Positions 50,201 to 57,844 of a DNA stretch of 64,000 nucleotides are shown one piece after another. The notes beneath the pieces are model-generated. The model searched no databases and was not told the DNA's origin. It saw nothing but the letters and a program-made list of their open reading frames with translations. This DNA is from Gammaproteobacteria bacterium (GTDB taxonomy: Bacteria > Pseudomonadota > Gammaproteobacteria > JAADGQ01). Numbering within the stretch: position 1 is the first letter of the stretch; each line of letters starts with the position of its first letter. Both the position numbers and the translations under genes were made by a program. Location of the stretch: contig JAKITI010000007.1 of the NCBI GenBank assembly GCA_021648145.1, positions 1,018 to 65,017 on the forward strand, read 5' to 3'.

Positions 50201-50222
50201 TAACAATAAACTAATGAGGTGA
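44280..50222 (+). CDS. giant FG-GAP repeat adhesin-like protein (four propeller modules with TSP3-like linkers) with C-terminal GlyGly-CTERM
   Basis: Many FGxSVxLxGxTALIGA...GAVYxF repeats; DSDxDG..DNCP linkers; C-terminus DGGGAVSILFIFILLIAGRVR; signal peptide ending ASA. Confidence 0.9.
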   Translation: MQSVIKRHTTKKITVQAIRFVWSIFFLVTLFFIGSASAGHAIIKLTASEGASGDRLGASVALSGDTALVGADGTDTGTVYVYTRATDELWQEQRKLTANDASTNDSFGYALAFSDDTALIGAIGGDDKGLESGSVYIFQKNATGIWSQRDKLLASDGLAGDYFGISIALNGNTALIGASGKKDGGAVYVYVRNSSGGWTEQAQLKGDDSRGSDNFGRAISLYGDTAIIGATGRDDQGSESGAVYIFTRNGLGEWAQQDKLLANDGQNGDAFGSSLSLNGNTALIGAAGADSTNGAAYLFIRNNQSQWIQQSKLFASDAASNSYFGHSVSLESGVALIGAYGQGASAAYLFTMTPTGNWVEQAKEESVRRSDAFGTSVVLDNGNALIGTVETGGKNQPAGNGSASLILGIAKDSDSDGVVNIEDTCPNISNPDQLDTDGDAQGDVCDPDDDNDKVLDSQDRFPLDAAEWADSDNDGIGNNSDPDLDNDGLPNTVESQYGLKVDDASDALGDIDRDGYNNIDEFRAGTSLTNASENPGSVLALHYKILASDGRADDYFGAQVALSGDTALVSASWNYEDIPGAGTVYVYVRNSSGKWLQQARLKPESLIEYEQFGSALSFDGNTALIGAVSDVSHRSGSVYIFVRNSSGEWSQQARLLAEEGSLDRYFGHSVSLDGDTALIGSLGSDAAYLFTRDSANRWALGEKFVADPPVAGSQFGISVALSNDTALVGAAAINSAYLFKRNQNSWRQQQKLTTQESDNDNFFGGSVALEGDVALIGAYRDDSSGVNAGAAYLFVRSVAEPWVQQEKLMAMDGMSNDQFGGHVALANGIAVVGAIGDGDSGSSYLFIRDASNQWSKQGKILAQDGIENDWYGYRVAVSSERVLIGAPKVNDQGENSGAVYIFDQVNRDSDADGLLDIADNCPDVQSQNQRDSDGDGQGDACDTDDDNDGVLDDKDPFPKDASESVDEDKDGVGDNADPDLDNDGLPDLVEDRYNLNENDRSDADDDLDKDGYSNLVEFRAGTKLDDKESRPSQLTALHYKLLAKDGAANDRFGFSVAFNGNTALIGAIGDNNNSGAAYVYVRNSEGEWVWQAKLEAENGEPESYFGTSVSLSGDIAMVSAHAETVGGRENVGAVYVFIRNESGQWTQEEKIITDDRVAGGYFGISVSQENNIAFIGAHGASAVYVFERNGAGRWLQKEKIFKKGASIEDFFGFSLSHSKETVLIGAKGEGRVYIYKKNIAGKWLQNAALQASDASDENFGYSLSLSENTVLIGAYKLNGNGSSYVFVRSVDDQWTQQARLISEKPSGSDGFGASVSLLGNVALIGAVSENAAYLFYRDTSGDWKKQTRLVAVDGGTGFFAQSLFIDEGTAVISRIGDDDNAIDAGAVYIFSGMTTDSDGDGLLDVADNCLDMVNVDQTNTDNDGLGNLCDEDDDNDGILDVDDYFPFDALESADYDGDKIGDNADPDADNDGLPDLLEEYYKELDPLDSSDANKDLDGDGYSNLEEYRAGTSLSDEDITPKMVSALHYKIVSDDGTKNSLFGRSVSLDGDTALIGASSDNNTTGAAYVYIKSGGRWILQAKLTASDKAERSFFGSRVSLSGNTALIGAYGSQVEGVRSGAAYVFIRDGNGNWKQQAKLKSSVEMENNRFGLSVALSGNTALVGEYNQNEKVTGAAYIFVRDKQSRWTEQAKLLASNGKTSDFFGSSIALSSAGDTAVIGAHQVNESSGIYDSGAVYIFQRNGTGKWEQQAQLVSVDKVKKGFFGYSVSIYGNLLLVGAYGEVLSRGAAYLFERDSNSTWKQIKRFSYEAQEARDYFGRSVSLSDGIALIGANGRGPGSSFLYMRDKKNRWNYAGQARPADGQSEDAFGVSVSLSGDAALVGSYKDNDNGEDSGSAYIFKSLLDDDDGDGILNIADNCPAIRNENQQDSNENGLGDVCDPDSKKAKASRFVTADGGGAVSILFIFILLIAGRVRFNNKLMR

Positions 50223-50225
50223 GCT

Positions 50226-50804
50226 ATGGCGGCTACAATCAAAGGAACACAAACGGAAAAAAATTTACTGATTTCTTTTGCGGGGGAGTCGCAAGCGCGT
50301 AATCGTTACACCTACTTTGCAGCGGCGGCACGAAAAGAGGGATTAGTTCAAATTTCAGCTGTTTTTGAAGAGACAGCGAATCAAGAAAAAGAACACGCAA
50401 AGCGTTTTTTTAAATTCCTCGAAGGAGGGGAGGTTGAAATTACTGAAAAATTTCCTGCGGGCACTATAGCAACAACGCTGGAAAATTTACGCGCTGCTGC
50501 TGCGGGTGAAGAGCATGAGTGGACGGAGATGTACCCCGCTTTTGCTAAAACTGCCCGTGAAGAAGGTTTTGAAGAGATTGCAGCAGCATTTGACGCGATT
50601 TCTATCGCAGAAGCACACCATGGTAAACGCTTCAAACAACTTGCAAATAATTTGGATGCTGGGCGAGTATTTAAACGAATTGGTCGAGTGGTCTGGAAAT
50701 GTAGAAATTGTGGTTATCTGCATGAAGCAACAGATGCACCAGAGCTGTGCCCTGCTTGTTTGCATCCGCAGGCACATTTTGAATTATTGGGTGAAAATTG
50801 GTAG
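50226..50804 (+). CDS. rbr: rubrerythrin
   Basis: FAGESQARNRY, EKEHA, EEHEWTEMYP, EAHH, WKCRNCG..CPAC. Confidence 0.96.
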   Translation: MAATIKGTQTEKNLLISFAGESQARNRYTYFAAAARKEGLVQISAVFEETANQEKEHAKRFFKFLEGGEVEITEKFPAGTIATTLENLRAAAAGEEHEWTEMYPAFAKTAREEGFEEIAAAFDAISIAEAHHGKRFKQLANNLDAGRVFKRIGRVVWKCRNCGYLHEATDAPELCPACLHPQAHFELLGENW

Positions 50805-50835
50805 CCGAGTTCGCATGGGTTTAAATTCTATGGCA

Positions 50836-51681
50836 TTAAAAATCTGAAATTTTACGGATAAACTTAACAATCAACCAAAAGAACAACAATGGAAAAGCGA
50901 TTGTCTGCAGGATAAATACAACAATCAGATTTAATGTATTTTCACTGACATGAGTGGCGGCCGCTTTGTACTTTTCAATACGAGCATCAATATTGATTTG
51001 GTAACTTGCCGATTCATATAGGCGCTTGACATTGTCAAGCAGGGAATTAGGGCCTTGAGGCATTACTTCTGGCTGGGCTTCACGATTTATATTGGCAATT
51101 GCTTCAGAGGTTTTTTCAAGTTCTTGTCTGGATGATTCATATTGAGGTGCTAGAAAAAACTGGTATATTCCTTCATTAGCAATGGCCACTGTCGGTACGG
51201 CAAATCGTATAATAATAAGTACAGCCGCAGCTTTATAAACTCTATATCGCCATTTTTCACCAAGCACATCAGGTCGCCAAAGCAACCACAAGGCTATTAA
51301 GCAGGCAAAAGCGATTAATAATGTAAATCCAGGCCAGACCGTGATATCCAGTAATATTTGTTGAATGCCAAGTGAAACACCACAACTCAGCATCACCCAG
51401 GAAAAACGTTCAATAAGGTCATTAATGGGATCAAGTATTTGGCCTGGAGTAAAATTAACTCCAATACCTGCGGGTTGAATGGCAATTTCTGTTCCTTGTG
51501 CAACGGAAATGACACCATTCAATCCCCGAGCCACACCGAACGTCATGAGCGCACGCTTTGTTCCTGACTCAGTGTAGTTTTTACCGATACTATCGAGTGA
51601 ACCCAAAAAGGCGATTGCAACCAGCGCCACTAAGAGAGCACTAATAAAGATTTTTAGAGTGACTGAACGTGGAGAATACAT
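50836..51681 (-). CDS. conserved hypothetical membrane protein
   Basis: Several hydrophobic segments; ARGLNGVIS..QG, LDPINDLIERFS; start 1 nt after the upstream stop. Confidence 0.7.
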   Translation of the reverse strand: MYSPRSVTLKIFISALLVALVAIAFLGSLDSIGKNYTESGTKRALMTFGVARGLNGVISVAQGTEIAIQPAGIGVNFTPGQILDPINDLIERFSWVMLSCGVSLGIQQILLDITVWPGFTLLIAFACLIALWLLWRPDVLGEKWRYRVYKAAAVLIIIRFAVPTVAIANEGIYQFFLAPQYESSRQELEKTSEAIANINREAQPEVMPQGPNSLLDNVKRLYESASYQINIDARIEKYKAAATHVSENTLNLIVVFILQTIAFPLLFFWLIVKFIRKISDF

Positions 51682-51682
51682 A

Positions 51683-52504
51683 TTAGTCACACTGCTGAGT
51701 TCGCCCAGGCGTCGCATCTGGATAAAAAGTAACAATGCTACTATTTTGTACGACTAATAGCGCCTGAAATTTTGGGGTGTTCTCTTCGGATGGTACGGTA
51801 TATAAGCAGGTCTGCTTGCTTTTGGAGCGTCTAGGGTTTAGCTGCGCGTAGGCTCTTGTGGTATGAACCAATAAATCAGCGGCATTAAATGAATAAGCGT
51901 AGCCTTTTATTTTGGTTTCTACGGTTCTCCCTTTCCACTGGTGCTGCACGCCTAGTGAATAAATTGTATTGGGAATAATTTCTTCAATTCCCTTTTTGAC
52001 GGATAAAGGCCCACCCCATGCTTTTTGCTGCATTTCCAGATAACGTCCAACGTAGTGCAATCCCCCCATTTTATCTGCTTTAGGATCACCACAAAAAATA
52101 TGAGCAAATCCTCGGCGTTTAAACCAGATTGCAGTCAGGGTCTCAATAATACTTTTTTTGTTACAAGCACCGAATGATTCACAACCGACCTCCTGGCGGA
52201 TGCGTTTAATAATAGGAGCCGATGATCTTTTATATAACAACGCTTTAAAATCTGAAGCTTTTACTTTTGCTCCAAAATCACCGCAAAGCTCAAGAATGCT
52301 TTTGTCAAAAGTATTCAGTTTTGGTGGAGGGGGCGTGATATCTCGTTTTTGATATTTAGGAAAATCGACTTTAACCGGATTATGTTTATCGTCAAAAAAA
52401 GGGCTGAATTGGCTGGGGGCTGTTGATGGTTCAGGGATGGCGGACATTGCATATAAAGGGCTGAATATTGCAACAGATAAGAAAAATATGACTGTTTTTT
52501 TCAT
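51683..52504 (-). CDS. secreted EndoU-family nuclease
   Basis: Signal peptide MKKTVIFF..PLYA; GFAHIFCG, GGLHYVGRY, IKG, IVTFYP match the EndoU His-His-Lys pattern. Confidence 0.75.
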   Translation of the reverse strand: MKKTVIFFLSVAIFSPLYAMSAIPEPSTAPSQFSPFFDDKHNPVKVDFPKYQKRDITPPPPKLNTFDKSILELCGDFGAKVKASDFKALLYKRSSAPIIKRIRQEVGCESFGACNKKSIIETLTAIWFKRRGFAHIFCGDPKADKMGGLHYVGRYLEMQQKAWGGPLSVKKGIEEIIPNTIYSLGVQHQWKGRTVETKIKGYAYSFNAADLLVHTTRAYAQLNPRRSKSKQTCLYTVPSEENTPKFQALLVVQNSSIVTFYPDATPGRTQQCD

Positions 52505-52567
52505 TTTAGGTTTTACCACTCTTGAATGACTTGAGTTATTTATAAAATAGATGATAATGCAAAACCT

Positions 52568-53248
52568 ATGAAAATACTCGCAATTGATACAGCTTCTGAT
52601 GCCTGTTCTGCCGCACTCTGGCTGGATGGGGATATTTTTGAGCGCTATGAGCTGGCTCCTCGCCAGCATACCTCTCTGATTTTGCCCATGGTTGAGTCAC
52701 TGATGGCGGATGCCGGACTCTCTTTAACTCAACTGGATGCCGTTGCTTTTGGCCGTGGCCCTGGCGCTTTTACTGGAGTTCGAATTGCAACTGGTGTGAT
52801 TCAAGGGTTGGCTCTGGGGGCTGATTTACCTGTTGTTCCTGTCTCTTCTTTGGCTGCATTAGCACAAGGAGCATCCCGAATTCATCGGCAAAAAAATATT
52901 CTGGCTGCCTTTGATGCGCGGATGGGTGAGGTGTATTGGGGACAATACTGTTTGGCTGATAACGGTTTAGTCGAATTGCTGGGCAATGAGCTTGTTTGTG
53001 CACCACAAGTTGTGCCTAAACCCAGTCAGAGTCTTGAGTGGTTGGCTGTAGGTAATGGCTGGAGGGCTTATGAGGATGAATTAAATAGTGTTTGTCAGGT
53101 GGTTAATATTTCAGCGCAGGATGTCGATTATTTGCCACATGCACAAGATGTTGCACAGCTTGCGGTGAATGACTTTAAAAAAGGTTTGGCGGTATCAGCT
53201 GAGCAAGCGTTGCCAGTCTATTTACGTGATAATGTCGTTAGAACATGA
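52568..53248 (+). CDS. tsaB: tRNA threonylcarbamoyladenosine biosynthesis protein TsaB
   Basis: ILAIDTAS, GRGPGAFTGVRI, DARMGEVY, PVYLR. Confidence 0.97.
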   Translation: MKILAIDTASDACSAALWLDGDIFERYELAPRQHTSLILPMVESLMADAGLSLTQLDAVAFGRGPGAFTGVRIATGVIQGLALGADLPVVPVSSLAALAQGASRIHRQKNILAAFDARMGEVYWGQYCLADNGLVELLGNELVCAPQVVPKPSQSLEWLAVGNGWRAYEDELNSVCQVVNISAQDVDYLPHAQDVAQLAVNDFKKGLAVSAEQALPVYLRDNVVRT

Positions 53249-53382
53249 TTTGCCTTCATAGGCTCAGCCAGTAAATTAGTTGTAATTTACCTAAGGATTA
53301 TGTGTATATAAAAGGAGTATTTCCATAATGAAAGCTAGGTCAACGCCGCCACCATGGTTACAGACAAAACGCCTGCGTTTAC

Positions 53383-53773
53383 GGGAGTAAGTCGAATCAA
53401 CGTTGGTTATGGTACGGCGTTGATCACGCAACCAATACGATACTGGCCTATGTATTTGGTTGACGTAAAGATGTTGTTTTTAAAGAGCTGAAAGCTTTGT
53501 TGGAACCCTTTGAAATCAGCCATTACTACACCGATGACTGGGGCGCTTATGAGCGTTACCTAAAATCGGACAATCATGAAGTCGGTAAACGTAACACCCA
53601 AAAAATTGAACGTAAAAATCTAAACCTTCGAACCTGGATTAAATGACTGACTCGCAGAACAATCTGCTTTTAAAAAACAGACGAAATGCATGATATCGTC
53701 ATTGGATTGATAATCAATAAAGTGGAATTTAACATAGATATTCATGCCGACATTCAGATTTAACCCCACCACC
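53383..53773 (+). pseudogene. IS1-family transposase (InsB) relic with probable right end
   Basis: Frame from 53383 reads SKSNQRWLWY..ILAYVFG*RKD..YTDDWGAY..NTQKIERKNLNLRTWIK*LTRRTICF*K..HDIVIG. Stops at 53461, 53644 and 53671; IS1-like terminus ...ccccaccacc at 53773. Confidence 0.88.
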
Positions 53774-53781
53774 CTTTATAT

Positions 53782-54090
53782 TTACGGTCGAGGTATTTGA
53801 CGGCAGGGCGTGCTGAATGAGCATTGCCAAGAATTCAGGACATGCGGTTCAATACATGTTGTGCAAACAAGGCACTCTTCACCAAAGCTGGGTGACTTTG
53901 AACGCTGTACCAGATTAATTCGATCCGCACAGGAGAGCAGCATCAACCTCTTAAACAGGCTTTGCCAGTCATGTTTTTGAGGCGAATTATCACCTCGCCA
54001 GTGAAGGCGTTCTTTGCCCGTGACTGCATCAATTAATGTAATTGATGGTGCTCCCTGCTCCAGTCGAGCGTCGATCATATAAGTCATCAA
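53782..54090 (-). CDS. small hypothetical protein resembling iron-regulated PA4570-type proteins
   Basis: MTYMIDARL..P.I.LID..TG..LFKRLMLLSCA; Fur boxes directly upstream; SD-like GAGGAG. Confidence 0.6.
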   Translation of the reverse strand: MMTYMIDARLEQGAPSITLIDAVTGKERLHWRGDNSPQKHDWQSLFKRLMLLSCADRINLVQRSKSPSFGEECLVCTTCIEPHVLNSWQCSFSTPCRQIPRP

Positions 54091-54130
54091 TAGCTCTCCT
54101 CTTGTTGTGCATTTTTGTTATTAATGTGCG

Positions 54131-54155
54131 AATGATAATGAGATTGATTCTTATT
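54131..54155. promoter_or_regulatory. Fur box
   Basis: GATAATGAGATTGATTCTT (54134-54152) matches 14/19 of GATAATGATAATCATTATC; in the divergent promoter of a TonB system. Confidence 0.8.
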
Positions 54156-54209
54156 TGCAATAATTAATTTTCCCTGTCTGTTTTTTATGCTTCTGTTTCC
54201 TGGATTACA

Positions 54210-54228
54210 AATGATTGTGATTCGCATT
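54210..54228. promoter_or_regulatory. second Fur-like box
   Basis: AATGATTGTGATTCGCATT, an imperfect 9-1-9 palindrome. Confidence 0.55.
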
Positions 54229-54399
54229 TACTTTTTGTGTTTATCCGTTCATAATTTGATTCAGCCAGCCAATCGACCTGTATGGAGTCGCTGAGTAGCC
54301 AGCCAAACTATCAACCTGTCATTGCTTTAGTTCTTAATACCAGAGCTACGGCCATGGTGGTTTTATCGAAAATAAAAAATAGATTGGAGAAGTTGAAAA

Positions 54400-56688
54400 G
54401 TGAAAAGACAAAATCGTTTATTGCGTGATGCTATCGCGCTCGCTGCACTTGGCTTGGCATTGCCTGTGGGCGCAGCAGATGAGCATTCTGGTGAGGCTGA
54501 AAAAAAGGAGACCGTACTTGATAAAATAATGGTGATCGGTAATCCGGCTAATATTGAGAAAATGCCGGGTTCTGCGCAGGTGGTGACTAAAGAAGAGATT
54601 CGTCAGCAAAACTATGATGATATAAACCGTACGCTGCGTAAAGTGCCAGGTGTTTATGTGCGGGAAGAAGATGGTTTTGGCCTCTTCCCGAGCATCAGTA
54701 TCCGTGGTGTGGATACCACCCGTAACTCTAAAATCACAGTGATGGAAGATGGGGTGATGATGTCACCTGCGCCTTACACCGCACCCGCCGCTTACTATTC
54801 ACCGACAACAGGGCGCATGAGTGGTCTGGAGGTATTGAAAGGTTCCAGTCAGATTAAATACGGCCCGCACACCACCGGCGGTGTCATTAACTATCTTTCA
54901 ACGCCCATTCCAACCAAAGAAAAAGCGTATCTGAAGTCAACCTTTGGCAGCTTTAATGAACTGCGTACCCATGCTTATGCTGGTAATACATTTAATGCAG
55001 GCACTGCCGGGCAGTTCGGGGTATTGGTGGAGGGTTATCAACGAAAAAATGACGGTTTCAAACAGATTGACAAGACGGATGATTCTCGCAACAGTGATAA
55101 TACAGGTTTCAATAAAGAAGATGTGATGCTTAAATTATCATGGGAGCCGAGTACAAAAATATATCAACGGCTTGAGTTTAAATACGGCACCAGTGACCTG
55201 GATGCCAATGAAACCTATCTTGGCTTGAGTCAAGCCGATTTTGATGCTGATCCAACCCGTCGTTATGCTGCGTCACGTTTTGACAACATGAATTATGAGC
55301 AGGATCAGACCTATTTACGTTGGAACATCAGCCCCAATGATGACGTTGATGTGATTACGACGCTTTATCAGACTGGCTTCAAACGTAACTGGTACAAACT
55401 CAACAGAATCAATGGCGACAAGATTGCTGGGGTCATAGAAACTCCAGGCATGTCTCAGGAGTGCATGAAGGGCAAGGCGGTATGTGATTTAATAATCAAA
55501 GCCAATAATCGCAAATACAAGGCGCAAGGTATTGAGTCTACTGGCTATTTTAGATTCGGCTCAGACAATATTCAACACGAAGTGATGGCGGGTCTTCGTC
55601 TGCATCAGGATTCAATCACACGTTTTCAGTGGGAAGACACGTATGCTCAGGCGGCCAATGGCACCATCAGTGGTATCACTCCAGGCGTAAAAGGTGAGGC
55701 GGGCAATCGTTTTCAGGAAACAAAAGCGTTGGCCTTGTTTGTCCAGGATACTATTGAAATCGGTGCTTTGACGGTCGTCCCTGGTGTTCGTTATGAGCAA
55801 CTGGGTCAAATCTCTAAAGATTCCAAGACGGCTGCACCCGTCGAATTACAAGGTGTTGGTGGCACACAAAATCGCGATGGTGAAAACAGCTTTAATGTTA
55901 GCGCCTACGGTGTTGGTGCAGCCTATGAGTTTAATGATCAGTGGACAGGTTTTAGTGGCCTGCATACGGGTTATTCCACGCCTAGCCCACGCGGCACACG
56001 TGGCGGGCTTGATCCGGAAACCAGTACTGCTTTTGAAATGGGTGCACGTTACACTAATGCACCACAGGCATTCGCGGCTGAAAGTACTTTTTTCTACACT
56101 GCCTTTAAAGACTTGATCGTGACCGATAATGTGGGCGGTACCGGCACCGGTAATGATGAAAACTTTGGTGAGGTGGATACCTTTGGTATTGAACTTGCTA
56201 TTCAATATGACGCAGGACTCGCCAACCACTGGGGCTTTAGTAACCCATCGTTCCTGAGCGTGACCTACACCAATGCCGAGCAAAAAAATGACTCGGTGTC
56301 TACAGATGGAGAGTCGATTTTTAGCTACGGCAGAGCGGGTAATGCAGTCCCCTATATTCCAGAGCTGACATTGAGTGTGGGTACGGGTATCGAAACAAAA
56401 AAATGGGGTGCGTCTATCTCGGGTAACTATGTGAGCGAGACGTTTACGAGTGCTAATAATGTAGACGATCAAGTCAATGGTGACGGCGATACCGATGCAC
56501 GGTATGGCAAAACAGACAGCTATTTTATTGCTGATGTTTCTGCTTTTTATCGCATAAATGATGAGGTGAAGCTCTTTGCTGGTGTGCAAAACGTGATGGA
56601 TAATGAGTACGTTGTATCACGCCAGCCTTATGGCGCACGCGGAGGCCTGCCACAGTTTGTTTATGCCGGTATTGAAATGGATATGTAA
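54400..56688 (+). CDS. TonB-dependent receptor (FecA-like)
   Basis: Signal peptide, TonB-box-like DKIMVIG, plug VPGV..SIRG..EVLKG..GGVINY, C-terminal beta strands. Confidence 0.95.
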   Translation: MKRQNRLLRDAIALAALGLALPVGAADEHSGEAEKKETVLDKIMVIGNPANIEKMPGSAQVVTKEEIRQQNYDDINRTLRKVPGVYVREEDGFGLFPSISIRGVDTTRNSKITVMEDGVMMSPAPYTAPAAYYSPTTGRMSGLEVLKGSSQIKYGPHTTGGVINYLSTPIPTKEKAYLKSTFGSFNELRTHAYAGNTFNAGTAGQFGVLVEGYQRKNDGFKQIDKTDDSRNSDNTGFNKEDVMLKLSWEPSTKIYQRLEFKYGTSDLDANETYLGLSQADFDADPTRRYAASRFDNMNYEQDQTYLRWNISPNDDVDVITTLYQTGFKRNWYKLNRINGDKIAGVIETPGMSQECMKGKAVCDLIIKANNRKYKAQGIESTGYFRFGSDNIQHEVMAGLRLHQDSITRFQWEDTYAQAANGTISGITPGVKGEAGNRFQETKALALFVQDTIEIGALTVVPGVRYEQLGQISKDSKTAAPVELQGVGGTQNRDGENSFNVSAYGVGAAYEFNDQWTGFSGLHTGYSTPSPRGTRGGLDPETSTAFEMGARYTNAPQAFAAESTFFYTAFKDLIVTDNVGGTGTGNDENFGEVDTFGIELAIQYDAGLANHWGFSNPSFLSVTYTNAEQKNDSVSTDGESIFSYGRAGNAVPYIPELTLSVGTGIETKKWGASISGNYVSETFTSANNVDDQVNGDGDTDARYGKTDSYFIADVSAFYRINDEVKLFAGVQNVMDNEYVVSRQPYGARGGLPQFVYAGIEMDM

Positions 56689-56705
56689 GTTTTTATTGTT
56701 TGTCA

Positions 56706-56741
56706 CGGGTGGCAAGTTTCATGATTTGCCACCCTGTTTTG
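56706..56741 (+). terminator. hairpin/terminator after the receptor gene
   Basis: gggtggcaa-gtttcatgat-ttgccaccc followed by tgtttt. Confidence 0.65.
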
Positions 56742-56774
56742 TTTTGAAAACAGAAAAATGGTGATTAAGAATTT

Positions 56775-57452
56775 ATGAATATAGTCGAGTTATTCCAGCA
56801 AGGCGGGCCAGTGATGATCGTGCTGTTGGCGATGTCCGTATTGGCGCTGGCCATTATCTTGCTTAAGTTGTTTCAGTTTGCCCGTAGCGGTTTGCGTCGT
56901 TTGAATTTTGTGGATTCCACTTTAGTGGCGTTACAACAAGGTGATTACAATAAGGCGCTGGATGAATTAAAGCAGCAGCGTAGTCCTGTGGCTCATGTGA
57001 TGGCGTGTGCCATACGCTGTGGTGCTGATCCGGCCATGTCGAGCAAAGATGTGGAGGCTGAAGTCAGCCGTGTCGGTTCGGCGCAAATTCGCAATCTTGA
57101 GTCGTGGCTGCGAGGGCTTTCATCCATTGCGCACTTGAGTCCGTTACTGGGACTGTTAGGGACGGTGACTGGCATGATTGTCGCTTTCATGAGCCTTGAA
57201 GCGGCGGGCAGCCGTGTTGATCCATCAATTCTTTCCGGTGGTATCTGGGAAGCGTTACTGACCACAGCGTTTGGTCTTACAGTGGCGATTCCAGCGATGG
57301 CCGCCTTTTATTATCTGGAAGGCGAAGTGGATCAGGTGCGTGCTTCGATGAAAGATGTCAGCATTCGGGTGCTGCGTCATTTTGGTAAAACACCTTCCAG
57401 TATCTCAAACCGTGATGACGATAAAATCGAGGATGAAACCCATGGAATTTGA
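56775..57452 (+). CDS. exbB: MotA/TolQ/ExbB proton channel protein
   Basis: GGPVM, SPLLGLLGTVTGMI, GIWEALLTTAFGL.VAIP. Confidence 0.93.
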   Translation: MNIVELFQQGGPVMIVLLAMSVLALAIILLKLFQFARSGLRRLNFVDSTLVALQQGDYNKALDELKQQRSPVAHVMACAIRCGADPAMSSKDVEAEVSRVGSAQIRNLESWLRGLSSIAHLSPLLGLLGTVTGMIVAFMSLEAAGSRVDPSILSGGIWEALLTTAFGLTVAIPAMAAFYYLEGEVDQVRASMKDVSIRVLRHFGKTPSSISNRDDDKIEDETHGI

Positions 57453-57840
57453 AGGTCGTGCCCGTATCCACTCTCATCTTGATATTGCACCGCTGATTGA
57501 TATTGTTTTCCTATTGCTGGTCTTTTTTATGTTGACGAGCACCTTTTTGGTGCCGGAAGCTATAGAGTTGGAGCTGCCTGAATCGAGCAGCTCGAATGTG
57601 AGTGAAATAACACCCATTACAGTCGCGTTGAATCAAACCGGTGAATTAACACTTAATGGAGAAAAAATTGCATTGGATCAGTTGAAAACAGCGATTGAAC
57701 CCTTGCTAAAACAAGGTAGTGATGCGCCTATCACTCTGAAAAGTGATGCTCATAGCGAAGTGCAGCAATTACTCAGTGTCATGGATGAAATTCGCGCTGC
57801 AGGCGGTAGCAATATCGCGCTGGCTACAACGCAGAAATAG
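57442..57840 (+). CDS. exbD: ExbD/TolR protein
   Basis: APLIDIVFLLLVFFM; start at MEFEG. Confidence 0.93.
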   Translation: MEFEGRARIHSHLDIAPLIDIVFLLLVFFMLTSTFLVPEAIELELPESSSSNVSEITPITVALNQTGELTLNGEKIALDQLKTAIEPLLKQGSDAPITLKSDAHSEVQQLLSVMDEIRAAGGSNIALATTQK

Positions 57841-57844
57841 TTTT

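Noticed and set aside
52505..52669. N-terminal extensions in the ORF track (EndoU here; also PP2C, recB, exbD, tonB)
   Set aside because: They overlap neighbouring genes or precede clear signal peptides or conserved starts; shorter starts were used.
53461..53673. In-frame TGA codons as possible selenocysteine or recoding
   Set aside because: A TAA also interrupts the frame, the 5' part of the IS is missing, and other genes use TGA as stop; simple decay explains it.
55846..56589. 247-aa antisense ORF within the TonB receptor
   Set aside because: Lies fully opposite a well-supported gene; no domain signal.
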